From: Clostridiales bacterium
Lineage (GTDB): Bacteria > Bacillota > Clostridia > Monoglobales > WRBX01
Direction of reading: 5' to 3'
Assembly (NCBI GenBank): GCA_031261985.1
Contig: JAISIR010000001.1
Coordinates: 72,009-136,008, forward strand
DNA length: 64,000 bases
Below are positions 1-9,243 of this stretch, piece by piece. The notes under the pieces are model-generated. The model made no database searches. It saw only the letters and a list, made by a program, of their open reading frames with translations, and was not told where the DNA came from. The translations under genes and the position numbers were made by a program. Every line of letters starts with the position of its first letter. Position 1 is the stretch's first letter.

Positions 1-1017
1 CCGTATTATCCTCAAGCGTTTGGGATATGGTTAGCGCGTGTGTGTGGCTTAGGGCCTGCTTACATGGCATATTTCGGGCGATTCTTTAACCTGCTTACTT
101 GGGCGTTATTAATGGTTCTTGCATTGCAAATATTATATTTTGGCAAGCGCATTGTGTTTTTATTATCGCTTATGCCTATGACAATGTACACAGTTAGCAC
201 ATTATCGCCCGATGCAATTACAAACGCGCTATCGTTTTTGTTTATATCCTACGTTTTATACTTAACTTTTGGCAAAGAGCAGCGAATATCGCGCGTGCAA
301 ATAAGCTTTTTAATGTTGTTATCTGTCGGGATATCGCTATGTAAAATTGTGTATGCGCCTATGTGTTTAATTTGCTTTATGATACCTTTCCATAAACTAG
401 GCGGCAAGCGACGATACTTTAAAACAATGTTTGGCGTGGTTGCTTTATCGTTAGTGCTTAACCTTGGCTGGCTGGCAATTGCAACTAAATTTTTAGTTGA
501 TAACGTTATGCCAGGGGTAAATGCCGCCATGCAGATTTCTAATATTATATTGCATCCGTTTAATTTTTTAGAGATTATTTGGCACACGATATTTAAATTC
601 TCTAACTTTTATGTGCAAAGCTTTTTTGGCGCATCGCTTGGGTGGTTTGACACCCCTGTTTATACCTGGATAACCCTAGTGTATATGATGGTTCTTGGAT
701 TTTTAGTGGTATGCGATAATAAGTTTGGCGTTAAATTTGGCAAGCGTCGCAAGTTATTAATGCTTGGTGTTGTGGTAATTATTAGTCTGCTTATTTTTAC
801 CAGCCTTTATGTACAATGGGGCAGGGTTTCGGCTCCGTTTGTAGACGGGATACAAGGGCGATACTTTATGCCGATAATTTTATTGATGTTATATCTGTTT
901 AATAATATAAAAGTGCGGATAGATATTAAAGAAGCCCCATTTAATTTTTATTTATCTACAGGGCTTGTGTTGCTGCAGCTGCCTGTGCTTGTAACGGTTA
1001 TGATGCACCACTTGTAG
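1..1017 (+). CDS. Polytopic membrane protein, DUF2142-like; 5' end cut by window edge
   Basis: Frame is open from base 1 to the stop at 1017, so track ORF 40..1017 is only the in-window part. Many hydrophobic spans. The YYPQAFGIWLAR segment resembles DUF2142-type membrane proteins. Confidence 0.5.
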   Translation, partial: PYYPQAFGIWLARVCGLGPAYMAYFGRFFNLLTWALLMVLALQILYFGKRIVFLLSLMPMTMYTVSTLSPDAITNALSFLFISYVLYLTFGKEQRISRVQISFLMLLSVGISLCKIVYAPMCLICFMIPFHKLGGKRRYFKTMFGVVALSLVLNLGWLAIATKFLVDNVMPGVNAAMQISNIILHPFNFLEIIWHTIFKFSNFYVQSFFGASLGWFDTPVYTWITLVYMMVLGFLVVCDNKFGVKFGKRRKLLMLGVVVIISLLIFTSLYVQWGRVSAPFVDGIQGRYFMPIILLMLYLFNNIKVRIDIKEAPFNFYLSTGLVLLQLPVLVTVMMHHL

Positions 1018-1037
1018 GGATAATGTAGAATGAAGAA

Positions 1038-1778
1038 TTGAGAATGCAGAATGAAGGTAAAACATCAATGAAGACATTTTTAGAAAACAACAAAAGACTT
1101 TGTATCAACTTTATACTTTTATTTTTACTATCGGTTTTCTCGTGCGCTTTGCTATTACTCCGCTTTCATATATTGGGTGCTAATTACTTTAAATTTTTAG
1201 TGTGGAACTTATTCTTAGCTTGGATTCCATATGGTCTATCTTTAATTATCTATTTATTCGATACTCTATTTAAATTTAAGTCAAAGATATATTTTATGGT
1301 ATTTATCGGTGTTTTTTGGTTACTCTTCTTTCCGAATGCTCCCTATATGCTAACCGATTTTGTGCATTTTAGTTGGATGAATTTTTATCCCAACGGTACT
1401 GATTCAATAACTATTAATTGGTTAGATTTTTTACTATTTTCTACCTTTATACTAAACGGAATCGCCTTAGGAGTTCATTCGCTTAGCATAATGCAAAATA
1501 TTTTGATTAAGTATTGTGGGAAAATTTATTCTTGTGTAGGCATTGCTATAATTACTTTTTTAACTAGCATTGCTATATATTGGGGCAGGTTTATCCGTCT
1601 AAATAGTTGGGACGCATGGCGAAATTTCGAGGCGATTAAAGAAAATCTGGTTATTCCTCCGATTGGTTGGTTATTCATTGTCCTGCTTTGGATATTGCTA
1701 TTTGGTATGTTTGCCTTGTTTGGATTGGGTAATATTGTAGCACTGAAAGGCGGACCAAGCGTGTATAAAAACGAGTAA
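1038..1778 (+). CDS. DUF1361-family integral membrane protein
   Basis: 246-aa ORF with motifs WNLFLAWIPY and FFPNAPYMLTDFVH typical of DUF1361. The more likely start is ATG 1068 (MKTFLENN), preceded by GAAGGT. Confidence 0.6.
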   Translation: MRMQNEGKTSMKTFLENNKRLCINFILLFLLSVFSCALLLLRFHILGANYFKFLVWNLFLAWIPYGLSLIIYLFDTLFKFKSKIYFMVFIGVFWLLFFPNAPYMLTDFVHFSWMNFYPNGTDSITINWLDFLLFSTFILNGIALGVHSLSIMQNILIKYCGKIYSCVGIAIITFLTSIAIYWGRFIRLNSWDAWRNFEAIKENLVIPPIGWLFIVLLWILLFGMFALFGLGNIVALKGGPSVYKNE

Positions 1779-1809
1779 AGTTTTCCAAAGGAATTCAAAG
1801 GGGATTTTT

Positions 1810-2973
1810 ATGATATACTTAGATAACGCGGCGACAACTAAGCCTAGCCAAAGCGCAATAGATATGGCGAATGTTGCAATGAGCGATAATTTTGGCAACC
1901 CGTCATCGTTACATACAATTGGATATAATGCCGAGAAGGCTATTGATAAAGCGCGCAGGAATGTGCTTAATACTTTGCAGCTTCCGTCTGAGATTAAGGG
2001 AAAACTATATTTTACAAGCGGTGGAACAGAGGGCTCTAACCTTGCGATAATTGGTGCGTATAATGCCATGAGGGTTAAGGGTGCAATAATAACCAGCAAG
2101 CTAGAGCATAAATGTGTGCTTAACGCGGTGGCGCATTTGCAATCTAAAGGTGCCGAAGTGCGTTATTGTAATGTTACCGATGATGGCATTATTGACCTAG
2201 AACATTTTAGCCAGCTGATGGACGATAACGTCTGCCTTGTTAGTATAATGCATGTGAATAACGAGATTGGCTCGATTCAGCCGATTGATAAAGTGGCCGA
2301 AATTATAGCCGCGCGTGGTAGTAGGGCGATTTTTCATACCGATAATGTTCAAGGGTTTGGCAAGGTTCCGCTTGTGTTTGGCAGAGTTAATGGCAAGGTT
2401 GTTACGCCAGATATTATCACGGTTTCGGCACATAAAATTGGTGGATTAAAGGGCTGCGGAGCTATATTTATTAAAGATAAAGTTAAGGTAGAGCCTATTA
2501 TTTGGGGCGGCGGACAGGAGAGCGGCGTGCGCTCGGGGACGGAGAACACCGTTGGCATTTGCGCTTTTGGTGCGGCTTGCGAGGGCTTGAATCGTGATGC
2601 GATTGATGAGAATTTTAAACGTATAAGTGAGTATAAAAATTATTTATCTTCGATGATTCGAGATAATATTAAAAACGCTAGTTTTATGAACTCGCAGGTT
2701 GGCTCGCCTTATATTCTATCGGTTAGTTTGCCAAGCACACCTGCCGAGGTTATTTTGCACTCTTTAGAAGAACGCGGAGTGTATGTTTCTACCGGGAGTG
2801 CGTGTTCGTCTAACAGCCATACTTTAAGCGATACTTTATTGGCGTGCAACGTGCCGCGGGATATTATTAAATCTGCGGTTCGGATTAGTTTTTCGCCCTC
2901 TAATACTTTTGATGAAGTAAAGCAGGCAGGCGAGATTTTGATTGAAGTAATGGATAATTTGGGGAAAAGGTGA
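1810..2973 (+). CDS. Cysteine desulfurase (NifS/NifZ/IscS class V aminotransferase)
   Basis: PLP-lysine motif SAHKIGG and catalytic loop STGSACSS. Lies immediately upstream of thiI, as in Firmicutes nifZ-thiI pairs. Confidence 0.9.
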   Translation: MIYLDNAATTKPSQSAIDMANVAMSDNFGNPSSLHTIGYNAEKAIDKARRNVLNTLQLPSEIKGKLYFTSGGTEGSNLAIIGAYNAMRVKGAIITSKLEHKCVLNAVAHLQSKGAEVRYCNVTDDGIIDLEHFSQLMDDNVCLVSIMHVNNEIGSIQPIDKVAEIIAARGSRAIFHTDNVQGFGKVPLVFGRVNGKVVTPDIITVSAHKIGGLKGCGAIFIKDKVKVEPIIWGGGQESGVRSGTENTVGICAFGAACEGLNRDAIDENFKRISEYKNYLSSMIRDNIKNASFMNSQVGSPYILSVSLPSTPAEVILHSLEERGVYVSTGSACSSNSHTLSDTLLACNVPRDIIKSAVRISFSPSNTFDEVKQAGEILIEVMDNLGKR

Positions 2974-2981
2974 ATTAGTTA

Positions 2982-4151
2982 ATGATAATTTTAGTTAAAT
3001 ATGGCGAGATAATACTAAAAGGATTGAACCGCCCGAGGTTCGAGGCTAAATTGGCGGATAATATTAGGCATTCTTTAGGTAGCTTAGCAAAGATTTCGCG
3101 TGCGCAAGCGGTAATATATGTCGAGCCTATTGATGATAACGACCTGCCGATAATTGTGGAAAAACTTACAAAAGTGTTTGGGATTGTGGCTATAATTGTA
3201 GCGCGCGAGTGTGATAAAAGCATCGAGGCGATTCGTGCATTGGCGATAGAGTGTGCGGCTAACCTTTCGGGCACTTTTAAAGTTGAGGCTAAGCGTGCGG
3301 ATAAGAAGTTTCCGCTGAATTCCCCTCAAATTTGCGCGACGGTTGGTGAGGCGGTGCTTAATGCTAATTGCAACCTAACCGTTAATGTTAATCAGCCCGA
3401 CCATGTTATAAATGTAGAGGTGCGCGACTTTAACGCGTATGTTCATGTGCAAAAAACTCCTGGCGCAGGCGGGATTCCCGTTGGGACTTCGGGCAAGGCG
3501 ACGCTTCTATTAAGTGGTGGGATTGATAGCCCTGTGGCGGGGTATTCAATTGCCAAACGCGGCGTGGCGCTTAATGCGGTGCATTTTTATAGTTACCCTT
3601 ACACTAGCCCTCGCGCGCGTGATAAAGTGATTGCGCTGGCGGAGATAATTGCGCAATATAGTGGTAAAATTGATGTGCACGTGGTGCCATTTACTAATAT
3701 TCAGCTGGCTATTAACAAGCATTGTCCTGCCGAGCAGATGACTATTTTGATGCGCGTGCTTATGATGAGGATTGCCGAGAAAATAGCTATTTCCACGAAT
3801 TCTAATGCGCTTATCACGGGTGAGAGTTTGGGGCAGGTAGCGTCGCAGACTATTCATGCGTTAGGGGTTACTAACCGCGCGGTCGAAAGTCTGCCAGTTT
3901 TGCGTCCACTAATTGGAATGGATAAAGAAGAAATCGTGAAAATTTCGCGTAATATGGGCGCGTTCGAGACGTCTATTCTACCTTACGAAGATTGCTGCAC
4001 AGTTTTTACGCCCAAGCACCCGACGACTAAACCTAAGCAGGAGAAGATTGATTTATCGCTAAAGCAGCTTGATGTAGATGCCTTGATTGATGAGGCAATT
4101 GCTGGCGTTGAAGTGATAAGGACGAGCAACAAGATAGAAGCCACAAGCTAG
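2982..4151 (+). CDS. thiI: tRNA 4-thiouridine(8) synthase ThiI (no rhodanese domain)
   Basis: N-terminal THUMP-like region and PP-loop SGGIDSPVA. 389 aa, typical of Firmicutes ThiI. Confidence 0.9.
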   Translation: MIILVKYGEIILKGLNRPRFEAKLADNIRHSLGSLAKISRAQAVIYVEPIDDNDLPIIVEKLTKVFGIVAIIVARECDKSIEAIRALAIECAANLSGTFKVEAKRADKKFPLNSPQICATVGEAVLNANCNLTVNVNQPDHVINVEVRDFNAYVHVQKTPGAGGIPVGTSGKATLLLSGGIDSPVAGYSIAKRGVALNAVHFYSYPYTSPRARDKVIALAEIIAQYSGKIDVHVVPFTNIQLAINKHCPAEQMTILMRVLMMRIAEKIAISTNSNALITGESLGQVASQTIHALGVTNRAVESLPVLRPLIGMDKEEIVKISRNMGAFETSILPYEDCCTVFTPKHPTTKPKQEKIDLSLKQLDVDALIDEAIAGVEVIRTSNKIEATS

Positions 4152-4185
4152 AAATCATCATAATAATAATATAATAGCAATTAAA

Positions 4186-4210
4186 AAATCCTAGCATATA
4201 GCTAGGATTT
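4186..4210. terminator. Bidirectional hairpin between convergent thiI and gene 4243..5034
   Basis: AAATCCTAGC-atata-GCTAGGATTT, flanked by A-run and T-run. Confidence 0.65.
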
Positions 4211-4242
4211 AAATTCTTAAGTCTTAATTAATCACCGACTAA

Positions 4243-5034
4243 TTAAGGCAGGCGAACAATAGATGTGGGTATGGCTGCTGACTGTTTACCATCTACAGTT
4301 TCGATTCTGGCAATTTTATTATTAACTAAATTTCGGGCAATTATTTCTGCCGCCAACAAGTTTTTATCTGCATTTGGATTAATTCGGCTTTGGATAAATA
4401 GCGTTGCCATATATTTTTTCTGCTTAATGGCATCTGCAAACGAAGTTGCTCCCTCGCTTACCGCAAAATCTTTAGATATTTGCTGGCTTGACATAATTAC
4501 TTTCCTATTTTTAAATAAAGTATCACAAAGCAAACTCAAATTACTTGATGCTTCTTTTACCGAACAATCATTATTTAAAATGTCAAGTGCTTTTTTATTT
4601 AACTCTTCTTTTCGTTCATCAAAAACGATGCGCAATTCTTCTGATTGCCATAATACATCGCGCTTGCTATCTAATTTTGATATTTCGGATAGCCTATCAG
4701 AATAGAACTTGTTTAAACGTTCATTTTCTTTTAAAAATTCGTTGATATCGGTTTCTGTTTGTTTTTCTAGTTTTTTAGAAGAGTTTTGTAATAAATACTT
4801 AGCCGCTTTTTGAGCAGAAATGATTAAAGAAGAGTGCGTAGAATTAACACTATCATTTTGCTTAATAGTTAAAAGTTCTTGGTTTGTACTTAAAAATTCT
4901 TTCGCCTTTAATTCTAGCTCTTTAAAACTGCCTAGATATTCTCGACAACTTTTGGCAAGCGTTTTTGGCGCTTCTTTTACTTCTTGAATTGGTTCTTGAT
5001 TTGGTTCTTGATTTGGTTTCTGATTTAATGGCAT
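4243..5034 (-). CDS. Hypothetical protein, K/E-rich, with N-terminal NQ(K/E)P repeats
   Basis: 263-aa ORF with no recognisable family. Served by an extended -10 promoter (5061..5089) and the upstream TTAACA-N5-TTAACA element. Confidence 0.6.
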   Translation of the reverse strand: MPLNQKPNQEPNQEPIQEVKEAPKTLAKSCREYLGSFKELELKAKEFLSTNQELLTIKQNDSVNSTHSSLIISAQKAAKYLLQNSSKKLEKQTETDINEFLKENERLNKFYSDRLSEISKLDSKRDVLWQSEELRIVFDERKEELNKKALDILNNDCSVKEASSNLSLLCDTLFKNRKVIMSSQQISKDFAVSEGATSFADAIKQKKYMATLFIQSRINPNADKNLLAAEIIARNLVNNKIARIETVDGKQSAAIPTSIVRLP

Positions 5035-5105
5035 AATAAATGCTCCCCCTTATTCATTATATTATATCACACAATTAAGCCAATTGCAATAGTTAATTTA
5101 TGTTT

Positions 5106-5128
5106 TATGTTAAATTTGTGTTAAGTTT
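5106..5128 (-). promoter_or_regulatory. TTAACA-N5-TTAACA upstream element, site a (gene 4243..5034)
   Basis: Plus strand reads TATGTTAAATTTGTGTTAAGTTT. Lies 16 nt upstream of the -35 of TTGCAA-17-TATAAT (5061..5089). Confidence 0.55.
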
Positions 5129-5138
5129 TTATAAAACC

Positions 5139-6026
5139 TTATCCCCTTACCTTGCCCACCTTAACCCTGCTGCCTTTTTGCAAAATAGCGTCGATTATTT
5201 CTTCCTCGCTTAGGGTGTCGACCACTCTGCCACGCTCGTCTAACACATCTATTATATAATAACAATTATAGCTAAAACTTTTAAGCAGCTTGCGCGCGGG
5301 GTAGGTGTTTAGCGCGGCGATATGCCGAGATTTTTGCGCGCCACCTGTTAGCTTTCCCTTGGCGTAAATGATATCGCGCATAATAATAAGCTTGCCATAA
5401 TTACCCTCCTGAAGTATATTCCCCATTAAAAACGAAAGGATAATAAGCACTGAAAAATTATATTCAGCGTAAAAAATTATGTATATAATTGTGGCTGCAA
5501 TTGCAAGTGATATCAATATTTTTGAGAGTGTCATAGTAAAATTATAGGCGCGGATTATCCCCCATTTTTCGGTCAAATAGGCTTTAAGCGCGCGCCCACC
5601 GTCTAGTGGAAGAATGGGGATTAAGTTTATGGCTGCCAGCCCTAGGTTGACGATGACTAAAGTATCGCGTATACTAAAATTTAACGAGCTTGCAGTTTGG
5701 TCGATAATGGTTGAATCAATATTTGGCATAAAAATGATTATAGCTATTGAAAAAACTAGGTTGAAGATTGGTCCTGCCAGCGAAATTGCTATCTCTTTTA
5801 ATGGAGATTTTATATAAGTGTGCGTAAAAACTAAGCTGACACCAAAGGGGTGCAGCTTTAATTTTTGCGTGGGTACGCCAAGGAAAGAGGCGATTATTAG
5901 GTGAGCGGTTTCGTGCATCAAAACCACTATGTACGATATTGCGAATATCTGCCAATAGCCAAAAATTATGCACAAGGCTATCATTACAAAAAAGGTGAAG
6001 TCTATGGTTAAATATTTAAAATTCAT
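5139..6026 (-). CDS. spoIVFB: Site-2 (M50) intramembrane metalloprotease, SpoIVFB-like
   Basis: HETAH (HExxH) lies in a TM helix, with the NLIPILPLDGG (NxxPxxxLDG) motif. Several TM spans and a C-terminal CBS-like soluble domain. 295 aa. Confidence 0.7.
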   Translation of the reverse strand: MNFKYLTIDFTFFVMIALCIIFGYWQIFAISYIVVLMHETAHLIIASFLGVPTQKLKLHPFGVSLVFTHTYIKSPLKEIAISLAGPIFNLVFSIAIIIFMPNIDSTIIDQTASSLNFSIRDTLVIVNLGLAAINLIPILPLDGGRALKAYLTEKWGIIRAYNFTMTLSKILISLAIAATIIYIIFYAEYNFSVLIILSFLMGNILQEGNYGKLIIMRDIIYAKGKLTGGAQKSRHIAALNTYPARKLLKSFSYNCYYIIDVLDERGRVVDTLSEEEIIDAILQKGSRVKVGKVRG

Positions 6027-6033
6027 TTTTAGT

Positions 6034-6552
6034 TTAAAGCCCTACATCGGTTGCATTTTGCGTGGGCTCAGCTTGATTAATACTCTCGGTAACGGGCGCG
6101 GGAGCAGGTTCGGGCAGCGGGTTAGCCACAGAATTATCTTGTGTAGTTGGAGTAAATGTTAGGTAGTTGTTTTTGAAGTTATTTAGCGACATGCCGATAG
6201 AGTTTAATAATTGCATATAATCGGCTGAATATTTTAAGTTGTTATTTATAGATGATTTTAAAGCGGGCGTAAAGCTAGATTGAACCGATAAAAGCGCGAT
6301 TAATGCCAGCGAGATGATTACAGTGGCTATCATCTGTTGCCTAAATTTAGTGGCTAAGCGAGTTTTAAAACTTTTAGAAGCAGGTGCCGCTGTGTGCGAA
6401 CGCGTGTAAAAATCGCGTCCACTTTTAAGCCTTGAGACAGCATTAGGGCGCGCAAAACGGTCGTCGGGGCGATTAAATGTGTTGTAGTTGGCGCGTGCGA
6501 TTCTTTCGTTAAATGTATCTGGCGTGTTAAACCTAAGTCTGGTATTTTCCAT
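6034..6552 (-). CDS. Hypothetical single-pass membrane protein upstream of the spoIVFB-like gene
   Basis: 172-aa ORF with one central TM (MIATVIISLALIALLSV). AAGGAGGA SD lies 7 nt before the ATG. Sits 8 nt upstream of the M50 protease gene, the position SpoIVFA holds in Bacillus; no similarity is claimed. Confidence 0.55.
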   Translation of the reverse strand: MENTRLRFNTPDTFNERIARANYNTFNRPDDRFARPNAVSRLKSGRDFYTRSHTAAPASKSFKTRLATKFRQQMIATVIISLALIALLSVQSSFTPALKSSINNNLKYSADYMQLLNSIGMSLNNFKNNYLTFTPTTQDNSVANPLPEPAPAPVTESINQAEPTQNATDVGL

Positions 6553-6559
6553 AGTAAAA

Positions 6560-6613
6560 TCCTCCTTAAAAGAATGTATGCGGGATATGGGGGAAATATT
6601 CTTTAAAGGAGGA
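6560..6613 (-). promoter_or_regulatory. SD-sequestering hairpin in the leader of gene 6034..6552
   Basis: On the minus-strand RNA, UCCUCCUUUAAAGAAU (6613-6598) pairs 15/16 with AUUCUUUUAAGGAGGA (6575-6560). The second arm contains the SD, 7 nt before the ATG. Confidence 0.55.
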
Positions 6614-6666
6614 TAAAGGTAAGCTATAAGCCAGAAGCAAGAAATAAAGTTTCTGCTGGCAAAACT

Positions 6667-7395
6667 TCATTCTTCCATATTATGATAATAATTCATGACG
6701 TCGTCGTTATTATCTAGCAGGTCAAAAAGCTTCTCTAGCTTGGCTTGGTCGGCTTCGTTATCTACATTGGCATACGTGTTTGGCACATATTGAATCTCTG
6801 CCTGTGATATACTAAACCCCTTGCCCTCAAAGTACTCATGCACCTTTTGGAAGTCCTTTACTTCGGTCTTAATCTCGCACATATCCTCATTAAACTCGAT
6901 ATCTTGTGCGCCTGCATCTAGTGCCTCAAGCATAATATCGTCCTGCGCGCTCTCGTCGATGCCTTCTAGCATAATAACGCCAAGGCGTTGGAACATAAAC
7001 GAAACGCTGCCGCTTTGACCTAAGTTACCGCCCTGCTTATCGAAATAGTGACGCATATCTGCCGCGGTGCGATTTTTATTATCGGTAGTCGCCTCGACTA
7101 TTACCGCCACGCCTGCTGCGCCATAGCCTTCGTATACAATTTCTTCGTAATTGCCCGAGCTAGTGTCGCCCTCGCCTTTTTTGATGCTACGCGCAATATT
7201 ATCGTTTGGAACATTATTAGCTTTAGCCTTGGCGATAACTGCGCGGAGCTTGGCATTGGTTGTTGGGTCGCCACCGCCACCTGTGCGGACGGCAACTACT
7301 ATCTCACGTCCGATTTTGGTTAAAACTTTAGCGCGTTGTGCATCGTTTGCACCTTTTTTACGTTTTATTGTTGCCCATTTGCTATGTCCTGACAT
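6667..7395 (-). CDS. YebC/PmpR family DNA-binding transcriptional regulator
   Basis: Canonical N-terminus MSGHSKWATIKRKKG; 242 aa. Confidence 0.9.
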   Translation of the reverse strand: MSGHSKWATIKRKKGANDAQRAKVLTKIGREIVVAVRTGGGGDPTTNAKLRAVIAKAKANNVPNDNIARSIKKGEGDTSSGNYEEIVYEGYGAAGVAVIVEATTDNKNRTAADMRHYFDKQGGNLGQSGSVSFMFQRLGVIMLEGIDESAQDDIMLEALDAGAQDIEFNEDMCEIKTEVKDFQKVHEYFEGKGFSISQAEIQYVPNTYANVDNEADQAKLEKLFDLLDNNDDVMNYYHNMEE

Positions 7396-7443
7396 ATGGT
7401 TTAACCTCGCTTTAAAATGAATTAATTTATTTTAAATCAAGTC

Positions 7444-7472
7444 AAAAGCACTTCTACCAGCAAAGTGCTTTT
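7444..7472 (-). terminator. Intrinsic terminator after the NfeD-SPFH operon
   Basis: Minus strand reads AAAAGCACTTTGCTGGTAGAAGTGCTTTT. Confidence 0.6.
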
Positions 7473-7538
7473 AAACGTTCCGTTTAATCTAATGTGTCTT
7501 TTAACGTTATAGATATAATGGAAATTTTATATTATACA

Positions 7539-8672
7539 TTACTGTGCTGAGCTTCCGTCGCCACTTGGTGGAGCATCGTTTTTATTGCCAAAGTATTTTT
7601 CTAGCTTACCAAGCCCGCGGGCTGCTTGCCCTTCTTGGCTCTCGGCTATTTTATGCGCCACACGTGCGCTACCTGTTAGCCCTGCAGAAGCTGCCTCGGC
7701 TTGAGTTGTCGCCGCAACTTTCTCTTCGGCTTTAGGTATATTGCTATCGGTCATAAACTCTTTAAAAGTGGTGGTCATGCCTGCCATATCCTGCAAATTA
7801 GTTGGCATAATAATTTTAGTTGCCTTGCCGTCTGCCACTTTAGCCCACGTCTCCATGCTCTTAATAGCCAACGTTCCAGCAGATGGTGCAGATGCGTTTA
7901 TCTTTTTAATACCTTCGGCTTGAGCAGATTGCAATTTAATCATTGCCTCTGCCTCACCTTCGGCGACTAATATATTAGTAAGTTTTTTACCTTCGGCACT
8001 TAAAATTGCTGCCTCACGCTCGGCTTGAGCATTTAATATAGCACTTTCTTTTTTACCTTCGGCGCGTAGGACGGCAGACTTTTTCTCACCCTCGGCACGC
8101 AAGATAGCTTCACGACGTTCGCGCTCGGCTTTCATCTGACGTTCCATTGCATCTTGAATCTCACGTGGTGGAATGATATTTTTAAGCTCTAGGCGGCTAA
8201 TTTTGATACCCCATTCATCGGTGGCTTCATCTAAAGTAGTGCGCAAGCTAGAGTTGATTATATCACGAGAAGTTAAGGTTTCGTCAAGCTCCATCTCACC
8301 GATTAAGTTACGCAAGGTGGTGGCGGTTAACGTCTCGATTGCTGCCATAGGATGGTCAACGCCATAGGTGTAAAGTTTAGGGTCGGTTACCTGGAAATAC
8401 ACAACGGTATCTATGTGCATAGTAACATTGTCCTTAGTTATAACTGCCTGAGGACGAAAATCTATTACTTGCTCTTTAAGCAAGACAACCTTAGCGATGC
8501 GGTCGATAAAAGGCACTTTAAAATGCAAACCGACATCCCAAGTTGTTTTATAGGCACCCAAACGCTCGATAACAAAGGCGTATGCTTGTGGCACCGTTTT
8601 TATATTAGAAATAATAAATAGAATGAATAGGACAATTAGTAAAATAAAAATAATAATTGGTAGCATGTCCAA
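7539..8672 (-). CDS. SPFH/band-7 (stomatin/flotillin-like) membrane protein with long Ala/Glu-rich C-terminal tail
   Basis: N-terminal TM, then an SPFH core (VPQAYAFVIERLGAY.., coiled AEREAAILSAEG repeats). Paired with the upstream NfeD gene. Confidence 0.85.
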   Translation of the reverse strand: MDMLPIIIFILLIVLFILFIISNIKTVPQAYAFVIERLGAYKTTWDVGLHFKVPFIDRIAKVVLLKEQVIDFRPQAVITKDNVTMHIDTVVYFQVTDPKLYTYGVDHPMAAIETLTATTLRNLIGEMELDETLTSRDIINSSLRTTLDEATDEWGIKISRLELKNIIPPREIQDAMERQMKAERERREAILRAEGEKKSAVLRAEGKKESAILNAQAEREAAILSAEGKKLTNILVAEGEAEAMIKLQSAQAEGIKKINASAPSAGTLAIKSMETWAKVADGKATKIIMPTNLQDMAGMTTTFKEFMTDSNIPKAEEKVAATTQAEAASAGLTGSARVAHKIAESQEGQAARGLGKLEKYFGNKNDAPPSGDGSSAQ

Positions 8673-8710
8673 AACCTCCCCAAAATAACTTTTTTAAAAA
8701 ATCGTTTATA

Positions 8711-9190
8711 TTATTCAACATCGTTGTTAATTGGCGTGACTATTAGTTTTATACCTTCTATAGCTATTACTTTTGCTTTATCGCCTTTTTGCAAAGGTTG
8801 GCGTTTTTTGTCGATTTTTAATTTCTTATCATCGTCATCTAGTTTGCATCGCCAAATTTGACCGTTAGCCTTAGCCTCTGCAATATCGTCTTGTACATCT
8901 ATTATGGTAACTATCATACCTAAAAGCCTGTTTGCGTTGGTAGGTATTTTAGGCTTGCGTATAAACTTGCTAACAAATGGGCTAATGGCGATTAGTGCTA
9001 TAATAGATGAAACTATAAATACCGTTAGCTGAATGGCTAGGCTTGCGTTAAATAAAACAGATATCATCGCCAACCCCGCGCCTATGGCAAACCAAATTGT
9101 AATTAAACTTAGCGAGAAAACCTCTAGCAAAATAAAGATAATCATTACTACCAGCCATATAAAGAACATTAAAATTTGTTGCATGTACAC
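8711..9190 (-). CDS. NfeD-family membrane protein
   Basis: Three N-terminal TM spans plus a C-terminal OB-like soluble domain. Classic NfeD-SPFH operon partner. Confidence 0.75.
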   Translation of the reverse strand: MYMQQILMFFIWLVVMIIFILLEVFSLSLITIWFAIGAGLAMISVLFNASLAIQLTVFIVSSIIALIAISPFVSKFIRKPKIPTNANRLLGMIVTIIDVQDDIAEAKANGQIWRCKLDDDDKKLKIDKKRQPLQKGDKAKVIAIEGIKLIVTPINNDVE

Positions 9191-9243
9191 ACCTTCAATG
9201 GTTAAATTTGATGTACTTATTCTTTACAATATATTCTTTACAT

